A stretch of DNA of 63,894 nt, counting the filler, from Octopus bimaculoides (taxonomy: Eukaryota), in the NCBI RefSeq assembly GCF_001194135.2. It is 6 parts of 3 records of this genome, joined end to end, with 100 filler letters (N's around TTAATTAATTAA, not from the genome) between each part and the next. Parts side by side here need not be neighbours in the genome. Positions count along the whole stretch, not along the records: positions 48,306 to 59,754 come from NC_068981.1; positions 59,855 to 62,410 come from NC_068985.1; positions 62,511 to 63,894 come from NC_068987.1; 3 more parts are not named here. One strand, given 5' to 3'. The position numbers and the translations under genes are program-made. Below, piece after piece: positions 49,410-63,481 of this stretch; the first letter of the stretch is position 1; each line of letters begins with the position of its first letter. The notes beneath the pieces were generated by a model. That model made no database searches, had not been told where the DNA came from, and worked only from the letters and a program-made list of their open reading frames with translations.

Positions 49410-50966
49410 AGAGAGAGAGGAGATAGAGAGGGAGAGAGAGAGGGAGAGAGAGAAAATGTGAATATATGTGTGTGTGTGTGCGTGTGTGTGTAAGTGCGTG
49501 TATGAATACCCTGTACCGAGGGACTAGTTCACCTGTAGAACATTTCCCCTTAAGTACATATATATATAAGATGACAGCACTGAGCAGGCTTGTGCTGGTG
49601 GGAAGCTTTCTTAATAAGCGCTGTACAGAGTTTTATATTTCCTGAATGGTGACAAAAAGAAATAAAAGGAAAAATTGAGAGACTTATATTTATCCCTTCA
49701 CCCGCCTGTCCAACCAACCTTAAACTATATAATCTCCCTTTTNNNNNNNNNNNNNNNNNNNNNNNNNNNNNNNNNNNNNNNNNNNNNNNNNNNNNNNNNN
49801 NNNNNNNNNNNNNNNNNNNNNNNNNNNNNNNNNNNNNNNNNNNNNNNNNNNNNNNNNNNNNNNNNNNNNNNNNNNNNNNNNNNNNNNNNNNNNNNNNNNN
49901 NNNNNNNNNNNNNNNNNNNNNNNNNNNNNNNNNNNNNNNNNNNNNNNNNNNNNNNNNNNNNNNNNNNNNNNNNNNNNNNNNNNNNNNNNNNNNNNNNNNN
50001 NNNNNNNNNNNNNNNNNNNNNNNNNNNNNNNNNNNNNNNNNNNNNNNNNNNNNNNNNNNNNNNNNNNNNNNNNNNNNNNNNNNNNNNNNNNNNNNNNNNN
50101 NNNNNNNNNNNNNNNNNNNNNNNNNNNNNNNNNNNNNNNNNNNNNNNNNNNNNNNNNNNNNNNNNNNNNNNNNNNNNNNNNNNNNNNNNNNNNNNNNNNN
50201 NNNNNNNNNNNNNNNNNNNNNNNNNNNNNNNNNNNNNNNNNNNNNNNNNNNNNNNNNNNNNNNNNNNNNNNNNNNNNNNNNNNNNNNNNNNNNNNNNNNN
50301 NNNNNNNNNNNNNNNNNNNNNNNNNNNNNNNNNNNNNNNNNNNNNNNNNNNNNNNNNNNNNNNNNNNNNNNNNNNNNNNNNNNNNNNNNNNNNNNNNNNN
50401 NNNNNNNNNNNNNNNNNNNNNNNNNNNNNNNNNNNNNNNNNNNNNNNNNNNNNNNNNNNNNNNNNNNNNNNNNNNNNNNNNNNNNNNNNNNNNNNNNNNN
50501 NNNNNNNNNNNNNNNNNNNNNNNNNNNNNNNNNNNNNNNNNNNNNNNNNNNNNNNNNNNNNNNNNNNNNNNNNNNNTATGCATACATATGTGTATACACA
50601 CACGCACACACACATATATATATATATAGTTGAAATTTACAGAAAAACAAAAAAACGAAGGTGTATAAACAGCATGTGTATATATGTATATGCATACATG
50701 ATTTGTGAATGCGTGATAAAGTATATGCATGTATGCAAAAAAGATAGTTATTAAGTATGAAAATGTTTACAGTAATTCTTAAATATGATATATAAACATT
50801 ATATATAAATTGTATATATGATGTATAGAAATTGTATTCATCGTAATGGCATCTCTAAAACACACAAACGCTTGCAAATAGGCACTTACACAAACACAGG
50901 GTAACACGTACATATTATATTATACGCAACATATAATAGTATATGCACAGAAATATGTACACTCAT

Positions 50967-50997
<31 letters not shown>

Positions 50998-51150
50998 CAC
51001 ACACACGCATATTATGTACACACACTCACATATATTTAGGTATGTGGTATAATACTTAAATATATGTACGTGCATATATAGACGCATAATATAAGTAAAA
51101 ACATATACATATATATGTGTGTGCCTATATATATGTATACNNNNNNNNNN

Positions 51151-51188
<38 letters not shown>

Positions 51189-51232
51189 ACACATATAGAC
51201 AGACAAACAGAAAGACCGACAAACAGACAGAC

Positions 51233-51275
<43 letters not shown>

Positions 51276-51439
51276 AGAGGTTTTAATAGAGTCTTGCAAA
51301 CTTCTTTATCTGTAAATACATACAAACATTCATACATGCATACATTCATATATATACATACATGCATACATACAAACATACATAAAAGCATGTATGCATA
51401 CATACATGCATACATACATACATACACACATACATGCAC

Positions 51440-51472
<33 letters not shown>

Positions 51473-52063
51473 CGTATAAATAAATTAACTTCAGTTGCTT
51501 TTATAACACTTATCGATATAACATGCTTAAAACGCATCAACTTCACTGGCAATGAAATAACAATAAAGTTAACTAGATTTTCTTTTGGCGGTGAATTTTT
51601 ATCACCAAATTCATGCCGAAATTTATTGTACGATTCAAAGCGTAAAATGGGTACTGAACACTATAAAAGAATAAGTTTATAAAGGATGTTTATAGGAAAA
51701 TGACGGTGAGAGTGATTAAACTTGCACAGTAAGCAAAATTTTCGAAAACCTCCTTAATAGAAAAAAAACGACTTTACTCATAGGCAAACATATGTGAGTG
51801 TGTGGGTGTGTATGTGTGTGGGTGTGCGCGCGTATGTATGCGCATATATATATATATATGTTTGTTTGTCCACCACCACCACTTGACAAACAATGTTGGT
51901 GTGTTTACGTCCCCATAACTTAGCGGTCCGGCAAAAGAGACCGATAGACTAAGTGTTAGGCTTACAAAGAATAAGTCCTGGAGTCGATTTCTCTGACTAA
52001 AGGCGGTGGTCCAACATGGGCGCAGTGAAATGACTGGAACGAATAAAACAATAAAAAACTACA

Positions 52064-52299
52064 TTTTTACACACTAATACCCGTCATTAAGCTTATACGT
52101 TAGAGTATGGGCGAATGCATGAATGTATACACATATTCATATCGTGTATGTTCATATCTCATATATATATATATATATACGCGTATATAAAGAAATAGAT
52201 ATAGATACAGATATGTATATATATAAATATATATACATATATATATATATATCTATATATATCTATATATATGCATATATATGAATAGGTAAATGTGTG

Positions 52300-52372
<73 letters not shown>

Positions 52373-52750
52373 NNNNNNNNNNNNNNNNNNNNNNNNNNNN
52401 NNNNNNNNNNNNNNNNNNNNNNNNNNNNNNNNNNNNNNNNNNNNNNNNNNNNNNNNNNNNNNNNNNNNNNNNNNNNNNNNNNNNNNNNNNNNNNNNNNNN
52501 NNNNNNNNNNNNNNNNNNNNNNNNNNNNNNNNNNNNNNNNNNNNNNNNNNNNNNNNNNNNNNNNNNNNNNNNNNNNNNNNNNNNNNNNNNNNNNNNNNNN
52601 NNNNNNNNNNNNNNNNNNNNNNNNNNNNNNNNNNNNNNNNNNNNNNNNNNNNNNNNNNNNNNNNNNNNNNNNNNNNNNNNNNNNNNNNNNNNNNNNNNNN
52701 NNNNNNNNNNNNNNNNNNNNNNNNNNNNNNNNNNNNNNNNNNNNNNNNNC

Positions 52751-52788
<38 letters not shown>

Positions 52789-52829
52789 GTATGTATATAT
52801 GCATATACTCATTTATTATTTGTTTTATA

Positions 52830-52888
<59 letters not shown>

Positions 52889-53021
52889 ATGTGTGTGTGT
52901 GTGTGTATGTGTGTGTGTGAGATATAAACGCACGCGATATGAATGTGTGTATACATTCATACATTCGCCCATATACTTACTCACGTCTAAACATAATGAC
53001 GGGTATAAATGCGTGTAAAAA
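52064..53021. repeat. About 100-bp inverted repeats enclosing a TA/TG microsatellite and a gap
   Basis: 52064-52160 and 52919-53021 are reverse complements (atacccgtcatta..., tatgggcgaatg.atgaatgtatacaca.attcatatcg). Confidence 0.8.
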
Positions 53022-53129
53022 TAAAGTGTATCATGTTTGTAAGTAAGTGTGCATGTACATACACATATATAATAATGTGCATATGGAAAATTCTAGCAGG
53101 GTCCTTATTTAATTTCGGCATCGAATCTT

Positions 53130-53400
53130 ATTCATATGTCGTTGGTTGCCTATCTTATTGCTCCAAATTTACCGTCCAACTCGTCTAATGCGAGGACTAG
53201 ATAGGTCAAGATACTATAATAGCTTAGGCTTCAGAGGCCTACAGCTCTCGAGTTTGGACGTGCATGTCTTCGAAAAGAAACTGGGCATTCTCCTAGAAAT
53301 GGTACCAGACGTACCAACGGCCTGCAATGAAGTGTAGATGAAGGCAGCAATGTCAAACTCCCACATACACCTAATGAGTCAAGAAGCATGGGAAAGACAC
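53130..53400 (+). mobile_element. CR1-like LINE 3' fragment
   Basis: YYNSLGFRGLQLSSLDVHVFEKKLGILLEMVPDVPT, comparable to the end of the 790-2000 element. Confidence 0.6.
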
Positions 53401-53574
53401 ATGCAGGAGTGGTGATATGAAATTCCCTCACCCTGATAAGAATCAGTCAAAGAACAAAAGTAAAAGATCATGGTGGAGCTCCAGCATGACCGCAGCTGCA
53501 TTGCTGAAAGGAATAAAAGAATATACATATAAGGATGAAAGTATACATACATATATGTGTGTGTGTATGTTTGT

Positions 53575-53620
<46 letters not shown>

Positions 53621-53871
53621 ATATACACACAAAATCATGAGTATATATAATATATATATATATATTATATATATAATATATATATTATATATATGATATA
53701 TATGATATATAAAATATATATAATATATATATATAATATATTATATATGTAATATATATATAATATATATATGTGTATATATAAATTTATATATATATAT
53801 ACGCAGACATACATATATACACACACACATAAATATATATATGTATATATAAGTACTCTCTCTTTCTCACA

Positions 53872-53926
<55 letters not shown>

Positions 53927-54237
53927 ATACACATGTGTGTATGTATGTGTCTGAGTGTGTGTGTCTATGTGTATACATACACATTCTTCACACCGACATT
54001 GCTATTTATACTACCTGAGTAAATCTAAGTGCTGTGAACTCAGAACTTTAAATGACAGTGACTGCACGATCGATCATTTTTGCTTTCTTTTATGTTTCTC
54101 TCTGTTCATTTAACCATATAAGCGTTGTTTACTTTTCACATTATGTCTATTATTGCATGTCTGTCAAACAATCATTTTTTTTCATTTGTCTTTATATATA
54201 TCAACATAAGTTATATATTTATAAGTGTCTATCCATA

Positions 54238-54304
<67 letters not shown>

Positions 54305-55103
54305 TGATTTATCTCTGTCTGTCTATTTATGTTTGTGTGTATGTGTATATGCATGTGTATGAGTATATATAGATGTATATATATATGTATATNNNNNNNN
54401 NNNNNNNNNNNNNNNNNNNNNNNNNNNNNNNNNNNNNNNNNNNNNNNNNNNNNNNNNNNNNNNNNNNNNNNNNNNNNNNNNNNNNNNNNNNNTATATATA
54501 TACACTTGTGTGCGAAATATATAAACATAGGTATGTTTCTATCATATTTATATTGTGTTATATCATTTAAAAGTAAAACCCACACTACATATCTATTGTA
54601 AATTCATATATCCGTACACATATGTGTGTGCGCATGTGGGTATATATGTGTGTGTGTGTGTGTGTTTCAGTGTGTGTGTCTAAGTGCATATAAATATGCA
54701 CGTATGCATACTTAGAGTTATGTATCGAGATATGTATACATAATACTCAGGTACACACACAAAAACACACACACACATACTCGCACATATATATACATAT
54801 ATAAATATATATATAATAGGTATATAGATATGGAAGAGTTTGGGTGTAAGTTTGTGTATGCATGTGCGCGGACGAGTTTGTTCTTATGTTTGTCCCATTA
54901 TGAATAAGTAGGTGACAAATGACACTTCGCATAAACAACAGTTGTGTGAACAATCGTATAGAACAAAAGAAACGATAAAGACCACATCGCCCTTATATTT
55001 TAGTAAGCACTGTGTACGAAATAAAATACAAATGCATGCATCTCTATCATCCAACGGATATCCAACTCTTCTATTTTTTAACCATCTCACGACAGACACA
55101 CAT

Positions 55104-55134
<31 letters not shown>

Positions 55135-55963
55135 CACGCAAATATACATATATAAATGTATATACATACCATATATATNNNNNNNNNNNNNNNNNNNNNN
55201 NNNNNNNNNNNNNNNNNNNNNNNNNNNNNNNNNNNNNNNNNNNNNNNNNNNNNNNNNNNNNNNNNNNNNNNNNNNNNNNNNNNNNNNNNNNNNNNNNNNN
55301 NNNNNNNNNNNNNNNNNNNNNNNNNNNNNNNNNNNNNNNNNNNNNNNNNNNNNNNNNNNNNNNNNNNNNNNNNNNNNNNNNNNNNNNNNNNNNNNNNNNN
55401 NNNNNNNNNNNNNNNNNNNNNNNNNNNNNNNNNNNNNNNNNNNNNNNNNNNNNNNNNNNNNNNNNNNNNNNNNNNNNNNNNNNNNNNNNNNNNNNNNNNN
55501 NNNNNNNNNNNNNNNNNNNNNNNNNNNNNNNNNNNNNNNNNNNNNNNNNNNNNNNNNNNNNNNNNNNNNNNNNNNNNNNNNNNNNNNNNNNNNNNNNNNN
55601 NNNNNNNNNNNNNNNNNNNNNNNNNNNNNNNNNNNNNNNNNNNNNNNNNNNNNNNNNNNNNNNNNNNNNNNNNNNNNNNNNNNNNNNNNNNNNNNNNNNN
55701 NNNNNNNNNNNNNNNNNNNNNNNNNNNNNNNNNNNNNNNNNNNNNNNNNNNNNNNNNNNNNNNNNNNNNNNNNNNNNNNNNNNNNNNNNNNNNNNNNNNN
55801 NNNNNNNNNNNNNNNNNNNNNNNNNNNNNNNNNNNNNNNNNNNNNNNNNNNNNNNNNNNNNNNNNNNNNNNNNNNNNNNNNNNNNNNNNNNNNNNNNNNN
55901 NNNNNNNNNNNNNNNNNNNNNNNNNNNNNNNNNNNNNNNNNNNNNNNNNNNNNNNNNNNNNNN

Positions 55964-56003
<40 letters not shown>

Positions 56004-56458
56004 CATTCATATATATATACATATATATATTGCATGAATATAAGTTTCATAATTAAATATATACACACGAAATATGTTATATAGTAATATATATGTGTTT
56101 GTACTTTATATACACATATATATATATATGTATATATATATATACATACATATACATGTATATATATGTATATATATGTGTATATATACATATACATATT
56201 ATATATGTATATATATCTATGTATCTATACACGCACACTCACACACATATATGTATATATCTATATATAGATGCATACATATATATATGTACACATAAAT
56301 ATGCTCACACATAGAAATATATGTATCTCAACGCACATACACAAATATATAATATTTACGTGTATATTTAGGCATATGCCTATGTAATTCATCCATATAT
56401 AGATATGTAAATATATACAAATATGTATTGTTAACCCTATGCATTTATGAGTGTGTGC

Positions 56459-56509
<51 letters not shown>

Positions 56510-57512
56510 CGTATATGTATACACATTTCTATAGATAGATAGTTATATATATNNNNNNNNNNNNNNNNNNNNNNNNNNNNNNNNNNNNNNNNNNNNNNNN
56601 NNNNNNNNNNNNNNNNNNNNNNNNNNNNNNNNNNNNNNNNNNNNNNNNNNNNNNNNNNNNNNNNNNNNNNNNNNNNNNNNNNNNNNNNNNNNNNNNNNNN
56701 NNNNNNNNNNNNNNNNNNNNNNNNNNNNNNNNNNNNNNNNNNNNNNNNNNNNNNNNNNNNNNNNNNNNNNNNNNNNNNNNNNNNNNNNNNNNNNNNNNNN
56801 NNNNNNNNNNNNNNNNNNNNNNNNNNNNNNNNNNNNNNNNNNNNNNNNNNNNNNNNNNNNNNNNNNNNNNNNNNNNNNNNNNNNNNNNNNNNNNNNNNNN
56901 NNNNNNNNNNNNNNNNNNNNNNNNNNNNNNNNNNNNNNNNNNNNNNNNNNNNNNNNNNNNNNNNNNNNNNNNNNNNNNNNNNNNNNNNNNNNNNNNNNNN
57001 NNNNNNNNNNNNNNNNNNNNNNNNNNNNNNNNNNNNNNNNNNNNNNNNNNNNNNNNNNNNNNNNNNNNNNNNNNNNNNNNNNNNNNNNNNNNNNNNNNNN
57101 NNNNNNNNNNNNNNNNNNNNNNNNNNNNNNNNNNNNNNNNNNNNNNNNNNNNNNNNNNNNNNNNNNNNNNNNNNNNNNNNNNNNNNNNNNNNNNNNNNNN
57201 NNNNNNNNNNNNNNNNNNNNNNNNNNNNNNNNNNNNNNNNNNNNNNNNNNNNNNNNNNNNNNNNNNNNNNNNNNNNNNNNNNNNNNNNNNNNNNNNNNNN
57301 NNNNNNNNNNNNNNNNNNNNNNNNNNNNNNNNNNNNNNNNNNNNNNNNNNNNNNNNNNNNNNNNNNNNNNNNNNNNNNNNNNNNNNNNNNNNNNNNNNNN
57401 NNNNNNNNNNNNNNNNNNNNNNNNNNNNNNNNNNNNNNNNNNNNNNNNNNNNNNNNNNNNNNNNNNNNNNNNNNNNNNNNNNNNNNNNNNNNNNNNNNNN
57501 NNNNATATATAT

Positions 57513-57545
<33 letters not shown>

Positions 57546-58022
57546 CATTTATATATATTTATATACATATGCATTTATATATATTTATATACATATGTAA
57601 ATGTACATATGTATATATCTGTGTGAATATGTGTAGGTTGTGCCCCAGCATGGCCAGTCAGTCGACTGATTGAAGTGAAAGACAGAAGATATACAAGATA
57701 AATGATATATGTATACATTTAAAATTTCCCAGCTTTTGAGTAGTGTAATTAAACTTTTAGTTTGTTAATTATACACAATAATTCTGGATATACAATTATG
57801 TACAAATAATTTATAGAGAAGACATTTTCGTTTATTTTCGTTTTCGAATAAATTAAATCTTTATAACGATATAGTTAATATAATTATAATGGAAGAATAA
57901 CGAAACTTAGTAATAATTTATGAGGTTGGAATGTGTATCTAAATATTCATTGTTTAAGAATGCTAGTTCTATTGATAGTTATAAATGGTTCATTACTTAT
58001 CTAAGAATATATATGCCTCTGT

Positions 58023-58083
<61 letters not shown>

Positions 58084-58215
58084 AAGTAATAGATAGGTGT
58101 TTATACGATTCATTTACAGCTGTTTGATAATCTTTATATGTGTGGTGTGTGGGGTCTATATGTATGTATGTATGCATGTATGTATGTTTGTATGCATGTA
58201 TGTATCTATCGTTCC

Positions 58216-58261
<46 letters not shown>

Positions 58262-58284
58262 CCATAATGTGTGTGAATAATGCG

Positions 58285-58324
<40 letters not shown>

Positions 58325-59610
58325 NNNNNNNNNNNNNNNNNNNNNNNNNNNNNNNNNNNNNNNNNNNNNNNNNNNNNNNNNNNNNNNNNNNNNNNNNNNN
58401 NNNNNNNNNNNNNNNNNNNNNNNNNNNNNNNNNNNNNNNNNNNNNNNNNNNNNNNNNNNNNNNNNNNNNNNNNNNNNNNNNNNNNNNNNNNNNNNNNNNN
58501 NNNNNNNNNNNNNNNNNNNNNNNNNNNNNNNNNNNNNNNNNNNNNNNNNNNNNNNNNNNNNNNNNNNNNNNNNNNNNNNNNNNNNNNNNNNNNNNNNNNN
58601 NNNNNNNNNNNNNNNNNNNNNNNNNNNNNNNNNNNNNNNNNNNNNNNNNNNNNNNNNNNNNNNNNNNNNNNNNNNNNNNNNNNNNNNNNNNNNNNNNNNN
58701 NNNNNNNNNNNNNNNNNNNNNNNNNNNNNNNNNNNNNNNNNNNNNNNNNNNNNNNNNNNNNNNNNNNNNNNNNNNNNNNNNTATATATATACACATATAT
58801 ATATATATACATACATATACATACACACACATACACACATAATACCGTTTACTATAATGAATTATTTATGTACACGCTGACATCAGTACTCCATTTCTCG
58901 TTTCGGAGCTCTGCTTCTAACGACCCCACGAATAACAATTCCATTTGGAATAAGAAAATAAAGATGCTGCTCCCTGTAGTTCCATTCTTTTCCAGTTTGT
59001 ATCCGCCGACGTCGCTTTCGCTCTTCGGTTCAAGTTTAATGCAGCAGACACTGTGTTCTTAAAAACATATTTCATAATGACCTCTCTAATTTTTAACTTC
59101 TTTCTTTATTTTTATGTGTAGTAATTCATATTTTGATACTTCAATATTGCAATATATGTCATATATACATTAATGAAAATTTCAGCGGGACTCTTTCTGC
59201 GGACTTATAACCAGCGTAAACCAAACCCAAGCACATTATACGACCTAGGTAATACGCTTGATAATTGCAAACTTATCTCTCCGTTTCAGTTTATATGGCT
59301 TATGAGCATTGTAAACAGCTACAGGATTATCTATGCCTATAAACAATTAAATAGTAATCAAAGGCAAAACTTGTACATCTGTTCTGAATACTTGCATCGC
59401 TGTACACTGTACCAAAATGGCATAAGAGAATTTTGTTGGTGTTTCAATCTAGCAGTGCGTTTGAAATAACAAGAATTAAGACTGATTATCTGCTAGTGAT
59501 CAGTGTTTTCAACTTAACCGTTTTACCAGTTAAAAAGAAACACATGGGGCCGAAAATAGTCCAAAGTGAAATACACTTACCAATAAATATTATAAACTCT
59601 GTATAGATAA

Positions 59611-59650
<40 letters not shown>

Positions 59651-59854
59651 ATGTATAGTGTATGTTTGTAAGTGTGTTTATTGTAAAGCTAATACCCCAT
59701 TCTTTCAAATAATCTTTGTATTTAAATGCATATATATATATATATATATATATANNNNNNNNNNNNNNNNNNNNNNNNNNNNNNNNNNNNNNNNNNNNTT
59801 AATTAATTAANNNNNNNNNNNNNNNNNNNNNNNNNNNNNNNNNNNNNNNNNNNN

Positions 59855-59891
<37 letters not shown>

Positions 59892-60472
59892 GCACGTGCG
59901 CGCTTACACACACAGACACAAACACACGCGCGCACCCATACCACAATATCATGATAAACTTGTCAAAGAATTTAATCTATCTCGTATCTAGAACAACCGT
60001 CAGTGTGTCTTCGTAAGCTTTAGTTTACTACAGCTTCTCTCTTCCGTAGGCAGGTATCATAAGCAATATTCTCAATACAACCCACGGATTTAAGCATGAC
60101 AACATGTTACACATTACCACTGACGAATCTAACAGCTTCATCGGAAGCTTTACATCTCCAGGAAAGTATTTTTTTTCGCAACGTCTTGGTCAATAAAGAA
60201 GTTATATCCGTTAATATCGCCTACGCAGCGTATTGTTGAATGAGCTAGACGCTACTCGAGGAATTTTCACGTTTTCATTGTCTTTCATTTAACTTATTTA
60301 TTGTTTTCAAATCTTTCGCTTAGCATTTCGAATGTACTGAATGTGCTGTTGATGTTGGCGGTGGTATGCATGATTGCTTAGGCGACTGCTTCTGTTGCTA
60401 ATATCAACAGCTGGGAGCATGTCCGCATGTCTGTGTGTGTTCTTGTTTGTGTGTGTGTATATATACATATAT

Positions 60473-60513
<41 letters not shown>

Positions 60514-62283
60514 NNNNNNNNNNNNNNNNNNNNNNNNNNNNNNNNNNNNNNNNNNNNNNNNNNNNNNNNNNNNNNNNNNNNNNNNNNNNNNNNNNNNNNN
60601 NNNNNNNNNNNNNNNNNNNNNNNNNNNNNNNNNNNNNNNNNNNNNNNNNNNNNNNNNNNNNNNNNNNNNNNNNNNNNNNNNNNNNNNNNNNNNNNNNNNN
60701 NNNNNNNNNNNNNNNNNNNNNNNNNNNNNNNNNNNNNNNNNNNNNNNNNNNNNNNNNNNNNNNNNNNNNNNNNNNNNNNNNNNNNNNNNNNNNNNNNNNN
60801 NNNNNNNNNNNNNNNNNNNNNNNNNNNNNNNNNNNNNNNNNNNNNNNNNNNNNNNNNNNNNNNNNNNNNNNNNNNNNNNNNNNNNNNNNNNNNNNNNNNN
60901 NNNNNNNNNNNNNNNNNNNNNNNNNNNNNNNNNNNNNNNNNNNNNNNNNNNNNNNNNNNNNNNNNNNNNNNNNNNNNNNNNNNNNNNNNNNNNNNNNNNN
61001 NNNNNNNNNNNNNNNNNNNNNNNNNNNNNNNNNNNNNNNNNNNNNNNNNNNNNNNNNNNNNNNNNNNNNNNNNNNNNNNNNNNNNNNNNNNNNNNNNNNN
61101 NNNNNNNNNNNNNNNNNNNNNNNNNNNNNNNNNNNNNNNNNNNNNNNNNNNNNNNNNNNNNNNNNNNNNNNNNNNNNNNNNNNNNNNNNNNNNNNNNNNN
61201 NNNNNNNNNNNNNNNNNNNNNNNNNNNNNNNNNNNNNNNNNNNNNNNNNNNNNNNNNNNNNNNNNNNNNNNNNNNCACACACACACACACATGCACACAC
61301 ACACACACACACACACATGCACAGACACACACACACACATACACACACACACACACATATATATATAACATTATTGACTTCTAAAACAAACGATATTAGA
61401 AGAATGCAAAATATATTTTTTGCATACTTTATATATTTATATTCTTTGCACAAACACACATGCACACACACGAACAGACACACACACACACAAACACACG
61501 CACGCACAAACACAAACACACGCACACATACACACACACGTATATATACATGCATTCAATACCAGTGTTTTAGTTTTGTCCCGCATTTGGCGTGAATGTG
61601 CATGTGAGCGCACGTGTGTGTTTATGTACGCTTGTGTGTGTGTGTGTGTGTTTGTGTGATCGCCGTGTGTGTGTGCACGAGTATGTGCTTGTGTGTATGT
61701 CCGTATGTGTGCGTGCGTGTATTTTAATATACATACGCCATGTATTGACCCTAAACGTCAAGAATAAATCTGGTGCCATTTTTTTGAAAGGACTTCTTCG
61801 TCGAAATGTCATCTGCAGTCCGAAGGCAGCACGAGACTCCGATTAATGGTTAAACCATGATGGAACAAAAGGCAACCGTACAATTTGTGTATATAGAGCT
61901 ACATGTAAGTATGTATGTATGTATGTATGTATGCATGTATGTATGTATGTATGTATGCATGTATGTATGTATGTATGCATGCATGTATATATGTCTGTGT
62001 GTATGTATGTAAGTATGCGCGTGTGTGTGTGTGTGTATATATGTATATGTATGTATGTATTTATGCATGTATGTACGTTGTGCGCTTCTTATAGCATTAA
62101 GAGTTTTTTATTCTAATTTCTTGCAATATTGGTCCTTTGGCCCCCTCAGTCGCAATTAGTGTCGATGAAATCTGAAATGTATAAAAGATAACAAAAAAAA
62201 AATATAAATTATATACAAACATTATTTTCATTATTTACATTATTTACATTTGACGGAGGCTTGTTCTCATCTTGTTTGTTGCC

Positions 62284-62376
62284 GACGGGAATATGACGTA
62301 GTGGTTAAAAGCGCGGGCTACTAACCTCAAGATTCCGAGTTCGAGTCCAAGCAGTGACCTGAACAACAACAACAAC

Positions 62377-62410
<34 letters not shown>
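62284..62410 (+). mobile_element. Short tRNA-like SINE with a (CAA)n(TAA)n tail
   Basis: GACG...TAGTGGTTAA (A box), GAGTTCGAGTCC (B box) and a simple-repeat tail. Confidence 0.65.
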
Positions 62411-62510
62411 NNNNNNNNNNNNNNNNNNNNNNNNNNNNNNNNNNNNNNNNNNNNTTAATTAATTAANNNNNNNNNNNNNNNNNNNNNNNNNNNNNNNNNN
62501 NNNNNNNNNN

Positions 62511-62596
<86 letters not shown>

Positions 62597-63109
62597 GCAG
62601 AGTGAGACATACAAACATACATATTAGCGAATTGGGCTCACATTGATAAGGTTGTGGGTTCGATTCCTGAACCGCACGGTGCCTGATACCATAGAGCAAG
62701 GGTTAATACACTTCACGTTGACCCAGTTCTCCGAAAATGCGTACAATGCTTCTTTCCACCCGTTGTCGCATTTTCGATGTTCTGTAAGGGGAGGTGTGAG
62801 AAGTCTACGAAGGTGTCCGGTCTACATATAGCGAAGGAAGGGTACATGCTATCAAATCGCACTCACTTGCGAGTGACGCCAATGTTGTGTGTATGTGTGT
62901 TCCTGCTACTCTTACTCTTCGTATATATGTATGTGTACATGTATATATCATCATCATCATAATTTAACGACCGTTGTCCATGCCGACAGGGGTATACATA
63001 TATATACATGTGTGCATGTGTGTGTGCATGTGTATGTGTATGTGTATTTGACCGTTGACTGAACACTATTCAATTTTTTTTCTCCGTGTTTTTCTCCTTG
63101 TCTCCGTAT

Positions 63110-63146
63110 TCTTTCTGTTGAAGAGCGTAGCTCGAAACGTCAAAGA
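63110..63146 (+). ncRNA. Minimal hammerhead-like motif (Penelope-type) with variant core CUGUUGA
   Basis: UCUUU-CUGUUGA-A-GAGC-GUA-GCUC-GAAA-C-GUC-AAAGA. Stem I is a perfect 5 bp, stem II is 4 bp and stem III is the palindrome ACGU. Confidence 0.55.
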
Positions 63147-63481
63147 CATTCCGTATTCCCGAGCGTCATACTAATACATCCTTTTGTTACTTACACCACC
63201 TGTCCTCGTCTGTTGTTGTTTTTTCCTACATTCTCCCATATATATACATATATAGATATACATATCTATTTGATTAATGGGAGACAGGAAATAGAAAATA
63301 CGGGAAAGTTAATTGATCACTACAATTGTTTCGACCCATCTAACATCTTCTGTCTCTCATTAATCAAATACCCAACGAACACTGCGAAAGTGAAGTTGCT
63401 TTACCCGTAAACTACCAGGTGTATACCATACAATTTATTAACTAATATATATAGACGTAGATATATTATATAAATGCCATA

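Noticed and set aside
51494-51682. LRR-like peptide LKRINFTGNEI (plus) or peptidase-like VQYPFYALNRTINFG (minus)
   Set aside because: Each is a single weak motif, both strands are open, and splice sites are inconsistent.
62284-62361. tRNA gene
   Set aside because: The acceptor stem does not pair, the ACT anticodon is atypical and a simple-repeat tail follows, so it is a SINE head.
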